Positions 53,501 to 64,000 of a stretch of DNA of 64,000 nt are shown piece by piece. A program made the translations under genes and the position numbers. The notes under the pieces were generated by a model. That model saw nothing but the letters and a program-made list of their open reading frames with translations. It did no database searches and had not been told where the DNA came from. Every line of letters starts with the position of its first letter. The first letter of the stretch is position 1. Source of the DNA: a bacterium (GTDB taxonomy: Bacteria; UBA8248); the NCBI GenBank assembly GCA_965199855.1, contig OZ241326.1:2144001-2208000 (forward strand). The letters are read 5' to 3'.

Positions 53501-54231
53501 ATTTCGATTCCTTCGGGACGGAAGTCGGGCTGACTGTCTCCTTTCCCTGGACGAGCGGCCTCGCGGGCTCGCTCTCCCTCCGCCATCAGAAGGGCTCCGC
53601 CGAGGCCTCCCAGGCCGACGGCAAGGGGGAGATTGATCTGGCGGGCGTAGGCATGGGCGCGGGCCTCTCCTGGCGCGGCGGGGACGGCTGGTATCTGAAC
53701 GGGGATTTCTCCGTCATGGACTACGCCGTCGACCTCTCTTCGAAGCAGTCGGGCAAGCTGCGGAACAACGCGCGCGCGATCGTCCGCTCGCTGGACGTCG
53801 AGGCCGGCAGGCGCCTCGCGCTCTATGAGAAAATCACGCTCGCGCCGAGGGCGTGGCTCGCGCGCTCGGCGCTCTCGATGGACAGCTTCACGGACGCGGT
53901 GGGGGCGCGCTTCGAGCTCGTCCGGGCGAATCGCCTCGCGTGGGGAGCGGGCGTTGCCGCGGAGACCGCCCGTCCACTGGAAGTCGGAGGCGGGAGGCTC
54001 GCCCTGCGCGGCTCGGTGGACGTCGAGAGCGTTCAGAGCGGTGAAAAGACCTTCGTCGAGGTCTCCGGCGAGCGGCTCCACGCGGAGGCGGAAAGCCCCC
54101 GCCTTCTGCTCGCCCTCGGCGCGCGCTGGCGCAAGGGGCGCTTCACGATAGGCGGGGAAATCGCCTCCTCCGGCGCAGGCTCCGACGACAAAACCCTCGG
54201 CGCCCGCCTGAGCCTCGGCGCGAAGTTCTAG
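50560..54231 (+). CDS. Autotransporter (type Va) surface protein, 1223 aa
   Basis: RBS AAGGAG; signal peptide MRRKKRAAVLAPGLLALLLCAGEAAA; beta-helix-like passenger; PRAGVYEALPGLLLRM linker; barrel ending in LSLGAKF. Confidence 0.9.
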   Translation: MRRKKRAAVLAPGLLALLLCAGEAAAQTAVCSSTPAANQRISCVEGIGSASDIRIDAMNLAISLTAATNDGVYLRHDGSGAIDVDLTGGAITTTGAQSYGVAGVRLGPSGATDITLKNIAVKTSAGRAWGVVVDRKTGTGDIGIDVQGGSIETEGARSAAVHAFQRGSGGIDIDVKTAALTVGGEEAFAIYGLRSGAAGDIDISVQGGSLETKSSFAHAIYAKAEFASAAEAGGDIAVKVTDASVTTRGAFSYGVSAEHLGKGEVAVEVSGAAVVAAEGGNGVGVHAHHGKRAEIAGGDTTVDVTIGADARIRAPFGVGVHGRLGLDNAAGVSVTHGGVIEARDAGVLAWAARASGSAADNAARTAPMIHVASSGNIAVGAGVMDAYVREFAAGADGTLSAAERAVLDAIEAENSTALNTALAALPASYTDDWKARARGFLSARGRGATDQTASTVSAADAIVPGESSAQVLGFSLSAVKPTDAGMAAEAAARGILGLSLAGIRALALSHTAIADYVRQGDRDPAILAIAEASRTTQQKAALAAQELLSAAERTVLAAVLTGGDLAAALAALPAAYTDDWKDGVRRHAASYNAGNIRVDVEGGAITAEGNGAEALYAVPHERNGAIAVNVAEGASVSGGANGLYLSGAGAGDGNFRAQSVSIDGEVTGGDGAGVYMKGGGRLTVGATGSVGAESGVAILADGPGDFHAEIAGEVEGGVRSEGAGDFTAEISGMVSGDIHAAGDLTATISGTVTGDVRSAGDLMATISGAVDGNIEGLGAGDHVVSVSRGGVVTGEIHLAASEVRVDGTVGVVRLDRGGMVSIGPAAVIRGVDGVAVRSSGGAASRLHFSMSLPRDRLIRDAIGDAWIINDGGGTDILVNGVKLHDAERGATGLAAQIGGRAVTVRSSEVILDRDFSALDFIDALTPRAGVYEALPGLLLRMESGRAREARTTAEGSPVWVRLSAAEGSRGAKRSTSASKYDFDSFGTEVGLTVSFPWTSGLAGSLSLRHQKGSAEASQADGKGEIDLAGVGMGAGLSWRGGDGWYLNGDFSVMDYAVDLSSKQSGKLRNNARAIVRSLDVEAGRRLALYEKITLAPRAWLARSALSMDSFTDAVGARFELVRANRLAWGAGVAAETARPLEVGGGRLALRGSVDVESVQSGEKTFVEVSGERLHAEAESPRLLLALGARWRKGRFTIGGEIASSGAGSDDKTLGARLSLGAKF

Positions 54232-54248
54232 GAGTGGTTGTCCTTCGC

Positions 54249-54691
54249 CATATTCCCGTCCCGCCGACGCGCGAACATTCCGTAGGGGTCGTTCGTGAAC
54301 GACCCGCCGCTTCAGATCCGAATGTCCATTGAATAACGGGCGGTTCGGGAACCGCCCCTACGAAGGCAAGACGTCACCTCTCCCCGGATCGTCCCTGCGA
54401 AGGCACCCAAACCCCGCGTCCCCCGCCGAATCGCCGGGCGGGACGCATGAATGCGTCCCCTGCGCAAAATCAAAACCCCGCCCGTAGGGGGCGGCGAATT
54501 CGCGCCCCGTTGCGAGCCGGCGGCGACGCCGCGCACGTCGATTACGCCAATCGCAGGGGAAAACCCCTGTGGTTGTCCGCGTCATATTCCCGTCCCGCCG
54601 ACGCGCGAACATCCCGTAGGGGTCGTTCGTGAGCGACCCGCCGCCTCTGATGCGAACGTCTCCTGAATAACGGGCGGTTCGGGAACCGCCC
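54249..54691. repeat. REP-like mosaic module copy 3, with an internal 109-bp direct repeat (54249-54357 / 54583-54691)
   Basis: CATATTCCCGTCCCGCCGACGCGCGAACAT..CGTAGGGG..TCGTTCGTG...GAATAACGGGCGGTTCGGGAACCGCCC occurs twice; the intervening hairpins follow the same order as modules 1 and 2. Confidence 0.9.
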
Positions 54692-54721
54692 GCCTGCCGC
54701 CGCCCCGGGGGCTATTCCGCC

Positions 54722-55564
54722 TCAGGCCGCCCCGAGCTCGCGCAGGAGCGCGCCCGCGTCCGGAGCGCGCATGAGCGCCTCGCCGACGAGGACGGCGTCG
54801 ATTCCCGCCTCCGCCAGGGGCGCGGCCTCGCGCCGCCCGAAGATTCCGCTCTCGGAGACCAGGACGAGCGCCTCGCGCCGCGCGGGGGCGAGGCCGGCGA
54901 ACACGCGGGCGGTATGCGCCGGATCGACCTCGAAGGTTCGCAGATCGCGGTTGTTCACGCCCAGGATTTTCGCGCCCGCCTCGAGCGCGCGCCCGAGTTC
55001 CTCCTCCGCATAGACCTCCACGAGCGCGGCCATGCCCCATTCCTCGGCGAGGCCGCGCAAATCCTCCATCTGCGCCGCCTCGAGGATGGACGCGATGAGC
55101 AGGACGGCGTCCGCCCCGCCCGCGCGCGCCTCGAGAATCTGATAGGGCGCGAAGATGAACTCCTTGCGCATGACGGGCAGGGCGACCGCCGCGCGGACCT
55201 GCTCCAGGTGCGCCATCGCGCCCAGAAACTTCCTGCGCTCGGTGAGCACCGAGACCGCCGCCGCCCCGCCCGCCTCGTATTCCGCGGCGATTTCCGCGGG
55301 AACGAAGGTTTTCCGGGCGATCTCGCCCTGCGAGGGAGAGGCGCGCTTCACCTCGGCGATGACGCGCATCCGCCGCCCCCCGGCGTCCGCCCCCGAAGGA
55401 GGACGCCTGATCGCCTCCGCGAAATCGAGCGCCGGCGGCGCGTCCCGCGCCCGGGCGCGCACCTCGCCCTCGGGGCGCGCCCTCCTGTCCGCGTCCAGAT
55501 CCTCCCGGACGCCCTCCACGAGCGCGTCCAGGACGGTCCGCGTCTCAATCGTGAAGATTTTCAT
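54722..55564 (-). CDS. trpC: Indole-3-glycerol-phosphate synthase
   Basis: IAEVKRASPS, SVLTE, GVNNRDL, SESGI, LVGEALM. Confidence 0.96.
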   Translation of the reverse strand: MKIFTIETRTVLDALVEGVREDLDADRRARPEGEVRARARDAPPALDFAEAIRRPPSGADAGGRRMRVIAEVKRASPSQGEIARKTFVPAEIAAEYEAGGAAAVSVLTERRKFLGAMAHLEQVRAAVALPVMRKEFIFAPYQILEARAGGADAVLLIASILEAAQMEDLRGLAEEWGMAALVEVYAEEELGRALEAGAKILGVNNRDLRTFEVDPAHTARVFAGLAPARREALVLVSESGIFGRREAAPLAEAGIDAVLVGEALMRAPDAGALLRELGAA

Positions 55565-55770
55565 GCTCCCTCGTCCGGTGATGATTTCTGAAGATCGGGA
55601 GGAAGCGCGCCCCGCGTCCGGGGAACTTCACGCGGCGGCCGCCCGGCCCGCTCCCGCCATCCGCCGGGGCCCCGCGCGAGCCCGCGCCTCTTTTCGCCCA
55701 AGAGTTTATCGAGGCGTTCATCGCGCCCGACGCCCTCGCGGCGGGACGAAACCGCCCGCGCCCTCCCCGC

Positions 55771-56781
55771 TCAGGAGTTGGAGACCTCCACGAGGCGCGC
55801 GAGAACCCTGGCCGCCTCGCCGGAGTCTATCGCCCGGGCCGCCTGCCGGACGCCCTCCTTCAAATCCCGCGCTTTCTCGGCGGCGATGAGGGCGGCGGCG
55901 GCGTTCAGGAGCACGACGTCGCGCCGGGCGCCCCGCTCTCCCTCGAGGATCGCGCGCGTGATCGCCGCGTTTTCCTCCGGCTCGCCCCCCTTGAGGGAGG
56001 CGGCGTCCGCGCGCGGAAGCCCCGCGTCCTCGGGGGCGACCTCGTAGGTTCTGATTTCGCTTCCGTCCCACTCCGAGACGCGCGTGGGGCCGGTGAGCGT
56101 CAGCTCGTCCAGCCCGTCCGAGCCGTGCGCCACCAGCGCCCTGCGGCAGCCCACCCGCCGCAGGACGTCCGCGACCAGTTCGGTGAGTTCGGGCGCATAC
56201 ACGCCCACCAGCTGGCTCTGGGCGCGGGCGGGGTTCGTTAGCGGCCCCATGATGTTGAAGATGCTCCGCATGGCGAGCTCGCGCCTGGGGCCGACCGCGT
56301 GCCTCATCGCCCCGTGCAGCAGGGGCGCGAACAGGAAGCCCACGCCCGTCTCGTCAAGGCACTCGCTCACCTTCTCCGGCGGAGCCTCTATGTTGACCCC
56401 CAGCGCCTTGAGCGCGTCGGCGGCGCCCGACTTGCTCGACACCGCGCGGTTGCCGTGCTTCGCCACCGGCTGGCCCGCCGCCGCGACGACGAGCGCCGCG
56501 CTCGTGCTGATGTTGAAGGTGCGCGCGCCGTCCCCGCCGGTGCCCACCACGTCGATGACGAAGGGATGCTTCGTCTTCACCCAGGTCGCCTTCGCCCGCA
56601 TGGAGCGCACGCTGCCGGCGATCTCCTCGGGCGTCTCCCCCGCCATGCGCAGCGCCACCAGATAGGCGCCGATCTGCGCCTGCGTGGCCTCGCCCGTCAT
56701 GATGAGGTCCATCGCCCGCTCCGCCTCGTCCGCGCTCAGATGGCGGCCTTCCACGAGCTTGCCGATGGCTTCCTGAATCAT
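55771..56781 (-). CDS. trpD: Anthranilate phosphoribosyltransferase
   Basis: GTGGDG, FNIST, KHGNRAVSSKSG, GLDE. Confidence 0.96.
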   Translation of the reverse strand: MIQEAIGKLVEGRHLSADEAERAMDLIMTGEATQAQIGAYLVALRMAGETPEEIAGSVRSMRAKATWVKTKHPFVIDVVGTGGDGARTFNISTSAALVVAAAGQPVAKHGNRAVSSKSGAADALKALGVNIEAPPEKVSECLDETGVGFLFAPLLHGAMRHAVGPRRELAMRSIFNIMGPLTNPARAQSQLVGVYAPELTELVADVLRRVGCRRALVAHGSDGLDELTLTGPTRVSEWDGSEIRTYEVAPEDAGLPRADAASLKGGEPEENAAITRAILEGERGARRDVVLLNAAAALIAAEKARDLKEGVRQAARAIDSGEAARVLARLVEVSNS

Positions 56782-56911
56782 GGGCGCATATCCCCAACAG
56801 GATTGGACGGACGCAGACGCGCGTCCTCCCGCGCGAAGCCGCACCGGGCATCAAACGCGCCATCCTGTGCTGTCCCGGGCGATTCAGCATACCCCGCCCG
56901 CGCGCCTTCCC

Positions 56912-57496
<585 letters not shown>

Positions 57497-57511
57497 GCCG
57501 CCCTCTCCGCC

Positions 57512-59032
57512 CTAGGGAAGCCCGCCCCGCGCCACCTCCAGGGCGCGCAGGGCGCCGCGGGCCTTGTTGATGGTTTCCTCGTACTCGAAGCCGGGCCTTG
57601 AATCCGCCACGACGCCCGCGCCCACCTGGAGATAGAGCCTGTCCCCGCGCGCGTAGAACGTGCGGATGGCGATGCAGGTGTCCATGCCGCCGCCGAAGCC
57701 GAAATATCCCACCGCGCCCGCATAGGGGCCCCTGCGCACGGGCTCCGTCTCCTCGATGATCTCCATGGCGCGCACCTTGGGCGCGCCCGAGACCGTCCCC
57801 GCCGGAAAGGCGGCGCGCAGAACGTCGAACGCGTCCTTCCCCTCCGCCAGCTCTCCCGCCACGTTGCTGACGATGTGCATGACGTGGGAATAGCGCTCTA
57901 TCGCCATCTGCTCGGTGACGCGCACCGTGCCGCGCTCGCACACGCGGCCGACGTCGTTGCGGCCGAGATCGACGAGCATGATGTGCTCGGCGCGCTCCTT
58001 CTCGTCGGAGAGCAGCTCCTCCGCCAGGGCCGCGTCCTCCGCCGCGTCCCTCCCGCGCCGGCGCGTGCCCGCGATGGGGCGCACCTCGACCCGCCCGCCC
58101 TCGAGCCGCGCGAGCACCTCGGGCGAGGCGCCCACGAGGGTGACGCCGCCGAGCTCCAGGTAGAACATGTAGGGGGAGGGATTCACCATGCGCAGCGCCC
58201 GGTAGATGGCGAAGGGGTGCACGTCCAGGGCGCTTTCGAGGCGCTGCGAGAGCACGACCTGAATCGCCTCGCCGGCGTGGATGAGCTCCACCGCGTCGGC
58301 GACCGCCTTCTCGAAGCCCTCGCGCGTGAACGAGGAGGAAAGACCGGGCATGTCGTCCACCGGATGCCCGCCCGCGTCCCCGGAGGGCGGCGCCTCCGGC
58401 AGGCGCGGCGGAGCGACCGAGGGGCCCCGCAGCTTCCCGATGAGCGCGTCGACGCGCGCGCACGCCTCCTCGTAGGCGGCCTCGGGCGCCTCCTCGCCGA
58501 CGCGCGCGTGGGCGACGACGTAAATCTTCTGCGCGACGCTGTCGAAGATGACCAGGGACTTCGTGACGATGAAGAGCAGCTCGGGCAGTTCGAGATCGTC
58601 CCGGGCGCGCCCGGGCAGGCGTTCGATGAAGCGGACCGCGTCGTATCCCATGTAGCCGATGGCGCCCCCCCAGAACCTCGGCAGGCCGGGAAGCTCGACG
58701 GGGCGATGCTCCCGCATCACCTCTCGCAGGGCGTCGATGGGATCGTCCACGGCGCACGTCTCCGTCCTCCCCTCCCGCGTGACGCGCGCCTCGCGCCCCC
58801 TGCTCTCGAAGACGAGCGAAGGCTCGCCGCCCAGAAAGGTGTATCGCGCCCATTTCTCTCCGCCCTCGACGCTTTCGAGCAGGAAGGAATAGGGGCCGTC
58901 CGCGATCTTCAGATAGGCGGACACCGGCGTTTCGAGATCGGCCATGATCTCCCGATACACCGGCACGACGCTGCCCCGCCCGGCGAGCCTCAGGAAAGTT
59001 TCCTTGTCCGGCGCATGATCACGTGGATTCAT
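57512..59032 (-). CDS. trpE: Anthranilate synthase component I
   Basis: LLESVEGG, NPSPYM, EHIMLVDLGRND, GTVSGAPK. Confidence 0.96.
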   Translation of the reverse strand: MNPRDHAPDKETFLRLAGRGSVVPVYREIMADLETPVSAYLKIADGPYSFLLESVEGGEKWARYTFLGGEPSLVFESRGREARVTREGRTETCAVDDPIDALREVMREHRPVELPGLPRFWGGAIGYMGYDAVRFIERLPGRARDDLELPELLFIVTKSLVIFDSVAQKIYVVAHARVGEEAPEAAYEEACARVDALIGKLRGPSVAPPRLPEAPPSGDAGGHPVDDMPGLSSSFTREGFEKAVADAVELIHAGEAIQVVLSQRLESALDVHPFAIYRALRMVNPSPYMFYLELGGVTLVGASPEVLARLEGGRVEVRPIAGTRRRGRDAAEDAALAEELLSDEKERAEHIMLVDLGRNDVGRVCERGTVRVTEQMAIERYSHVMHIVSNVAGELAEGKDAFDVLRAAFPAGTVSGAPKVRAMEIIEETEPVRRGPYAGAVGYFGFGGGMDTCIAIRTFYARGDRLYLQVGAGVVADSRPGFEYEETINKARGALRALEVARGGLP

Positions 59033-59080
59033 TCTTCACCGAGGCGCCGTCCCGCGCGCGGCGCCTTCTCCCTCCATCAG

Positions 59081-59118
59081 CAAAAAAAGCCATGGGGCCG
59101 GCGGGCCGCCATGGCTTG
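59081..59118 (-). terminator. Attenuator-type intrinsic terminator upstream of trpE
   Basis: Minus strand AAGCCATGG...CCATGGCTT followed by a T run, ~50 nt before the trpE start. Confidence 0.75.
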
Positions 59119-59151
59119 CGGATTCGACGACGAAAACTCCGGCAAACCTCC

Positions 59152-59325
59152 CTATGGCGCGCCTCCGGGTCCGGCGGGAAATCGCCAGGGCCAGGCCTCC
59201 CTCGCCGCGCCGCGCTTCCGCGTCCGGCGCGCGCTCCCCGCGCGCGAAGCCCGCCCTTTCAGGCCGGCTTCGGCGAATAAGGCGGACGATTCGATGAATG
59301 ACGCGGCTTCTTCGATCTCCGTCAT
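59152..59325 (-). CDS. trpL: Putative trp leader peptide (57 aa, ...EAWPWRFPAGPGGAP)
   Basis: ATG overlaps the stop of the upstream ORF (ATGA); two TGG codons at 59185-59193; TAG at 59152, just upstream of the terminator. Confidence 0.55.
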   Translation of the reverse strand: MTEIEEAASFIESSALFAEAGLKGRASRAGSARRTRKRGAAREAWPWRFPAGPGGAP

Positions 59326-59711
59326 CGCTTCGCCCTTCCCGAATCCGAATTTTTCGCCAGGAGAATCTCGATAACGCGATCGATCCGCCGGTTGATTTGA
59401 TCGATCCGCTGGTTCACCTGATCGATCCGCTCGCCAACCTGCTGAAACTGCCGGTTCACCTGCCGAAACTGCTGAACCATATTTTCCTCAAGCCGCGCGA
59501 GACGCTGGTTGATATCCGTCCTGGCGCCCGCAATCGCCTTTTCGTTGCTCGTTATCCGCGCGTCCAGCCTCGCGATCTGGGCATCCACGGCGCGCCATCC
59601 GAAGCCGGCGAGCAGGGTGACGACCGCGGCGGCGCATACGCCCGCGGTCCAAATGGAGGGGTGCTCCTTGAAGGAGCGCACCACCCGGCTCTCCCTGGAC
59701 GCTTTTTCCAT
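59322..59711 (-). CDS. Small single-TM coiled-coil protein (hypothetical)
   Basis: TM segment IWTAGVCAAAVVTLLAGFGW then heptads QQFRQVN/RQFQQVG/ERIDQVN/QRIDQIN; alternative start at 59738. Confidence 0.7.
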   Translation of the reverse strand: MEKASRESRVVRSFKEHPSIWTAGVCAAAVVTLLAGFGWRAVDAQIARLDARITSNEKAIAGARTDINQRLARLEENMVQQFRQVNRQFQQVGERIDQVNQRIDQINRRIDRVIEILLAKNSDSGRAKR

Positions 59712-59748
59712 GGTCCCGCCCTTTTCGCTCCCCGCCATCCTCCCCCGA

Positions 59749-59776
59749 ATGTTACAGCCCGCATCGGAAAAGTCAA
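59749..59776 (-). promoter_or_regulatory. sigma70-like promoter upstream of the coiled-coil gene and trp operon
   Basis: Minus strand TTGACT-N16-TAACAT. Confidence 0.45.
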
Positions 59777-59797
59777 GAAAAGCCGCGCCAGGGACGA

Positions 59798-60598
59798 TCA
59801 GGCCGCGCCCTCGTCAGGCGCGGGAGGAGCCTCGGGCGGCAATTTGTCCCCGTATTCCACGCGAACCAGCGCCAGCCCCTGGGGCGGGGCGGTGACGCCC
59901 GCCAGACGCCTGTTCCGACCCGCAAGCGCCTCCTTCATCGAATCCGCCTCGCGCTCCCCGCGCCCCACCTCCACCAGGACGCCCGCCAGGTTTCTCACCA
60001 TGTGGCGCAGAAACCCGTTCGCCCTCGCCTCGATCACCACCTCGTCGCCCGCGCGCTCCACGCTCAGGCGATCGAGGCGGCGCGCGGTGTCTTCGGGCCT
60101 TCCCTTCTCCCGGCAGAAGCTGGCGAAGTCATGCTCGCCCTCCAGAATCTCCGCGGCGCGCCGCATCGCCTCCAGGTCGAGGGGCTTTCGGACGTGCCAG
60201 ACGCGCGCGCGGCGAATGGCGCTGGGAGAGCGGCGGTTCAGGACGCGGTAGCGGTAGGTTTTTCCGAGGGCGTCGAACTGGGCGTGAAAGCCGCCGGGCG
60301 CCTCCCTGCAGTCGAGGATGGAGACGTCGCGCTCCATGATCCCGTTGAGGCCGATTCGCGCCTTCCAGGGCTCGATGCGCGAACCCGTCCGAAAGTGCGC
60401 CACCTGGCCCCAGGCGTGGACGCCGGCGTCGGTGCGGCCCGAGCCGATGATTCGCACCGCCTCCCCGCACATCTTCGCCAGCGCGCTCTCGATTTCGCCC
60501 TGCACGGTGCGCTGCCCGGGCTGGGCCTGCCAGCCGCGGAAATTCGCGCCGTCGTATTCTATCCAGAGGACGAGGCAGCGGAGGCTCCCGGCGTCCAT
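59798..60598 (-). CDS. truA: tRNA pseudouridine(38-40) synthase
   Basis: EYDG..F.GWQ, GRTDAGVHA, GEHDF, FLRHMVR, TAPPQGL. Confidence 0.96.
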   Translation of the reverse strand: MDAGSLRCLVLWIEYDGANFRGWQAQPGQRTVQGEIESALAKMCGEAVRIIGSGRTDAGVHAWGQVAHFRTGSRIEPWKARIGLNGIMERDVSILDCREAPGGFHAQFDALGKTYRYRVLNRRSPSAIRRARVWHVRKPLDLEAMRRAAEILEGEHDFASFCREKGRPEDTARRLDRLSVERAGDEVVIEARANGFLRHMVRNLAGVLVEVGRGEREADSMKEALAGRNRRLAGVTAPPQGLALVRVEYGDKLPPEAPPAPDEGAA

Positions 60599-60610
60599 CG
60601 GCGCGGAGGG

Positions 60611-63463
<2,853 letters not shown>

Positions 63464-63569
63464 CGCCTGCTCCTGTCGCGTGAAGCCCGCCCCGCTCGCG
63501 CCCCGGACGCCCCGGCAAGCCGGGAGGCTCTTCGTTCGCGGGCGGGGCGTCCGACGGCGATCTGGCGCT

Positions 63570-64000
63570 CTAATACCAGACGAGCCCGCCCGTCACGTTG
63601 ATGTCCTGGGCGGTCATATGCGCGGCCTCATCGGAGGCCAGGAAAACGCACAGGGCGGCGTGATCCTCCGCGTCCACGAGCGTCTTGAGGGCGCCCGGGT
63701 CCGTGAACGTCCTCTTCGCCTCCTCGAACGTCGCGCCGAAGCTCTGCGCCATGTTCTCGATGACGCTGTCGATTCTCGGGCCCGCGGTGGCGCCGGGGCA
63801 GATCGCGTTCACCGTGACGCCGTATTCGCCGAGCTCGAACGCGAGGGTGCGCGTGAGGCCGATGAGCGCCATCTTGGAGGCCGTGTAGGGCGTCCGGTTG
63901 GGCAGCGGGCGCTTGCCGCTCATGGAGCTGACGTTGAGGATGCGTCCGCTTCGCTTCGCCTTCATGGTGGGAATGACGTATTTCGTCATCAGAAAGGCGC
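63570..64000 (-). CDS. SDR-family oxidoreductase, 5'-truncated by window edge
   Basis: NVSS, YTASK (YxxxK), VNAICPG. Confidence 0.88.
   Translation of the reverse strand, partial: AFLMTKYVIPTMKAKRSGRILNVSSMSGKRPLPNRTPYTASKMALIGLTRTLAFELGEYGVTVNAICPGATAGPRIDSVIENMAQSFGATFEEAKRTFTDPGALKTLVDAEDHAALCVFLASDEAAHMTAQDINVTGGLVWY

Noticed and set aside
55565-55770. GC-rich gap between trpD and trpC as a hidden gene or ncRNA
   Set aside because: No credible ORF, repeat or recognisable RNA motif.

Overview
High-GC bacterial chromosomal window, mostly housekeeping. The gene order resembles Deltaproteobacteria/Nitrospinota-type diderms (inference). It contains an F0 atp cluster plus rex, tsaB, ilvB-ilvB-ilvN-ilvN-psd-pssA, lptD, ugd/UDP-GlcA decarboxylase/gmhA, purB-C-S-Q-L-F, mltD-bamD-sigma factor-pgsA-plsY and tRNA-Leu(CAA). 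The minus strand carries ilvE, nadX, aroC/aroK, miaA, ihfB, rpsA, cmk, tyrA, hisC, pheA, trpEGDC, truA and uvrA. Two accessory islands (1-3.3 kb and 49.7-54.7 kb) stand out. Each has a paralogous autotransporter adjoined by an ordered mosaic of GTAG-type REP-like hairpins that show compensatory base changes. In the first island a ~250-bp direct repeat of these hairpins brackets a small TM/coiled-coil gene. Both bracketed cargo genes with a visible 5' end have an 8-bp tandem repeat just downstream of a sigma70-like promoter: (GCGTGAAT)x4 and a perfect (CCGACTCA)x36. An upstream ORF runs through the 36-copy array, so copy number mod 3 could act as a translational switch for the autotransporter. 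An unannotated 57-aa WPW-containing leader with terminator/antiterminator precedes trpE and is translationally coupled to a small coiled-coil gene. I saw no transposase, integrase, CRISPR array or reverse transcriptase.
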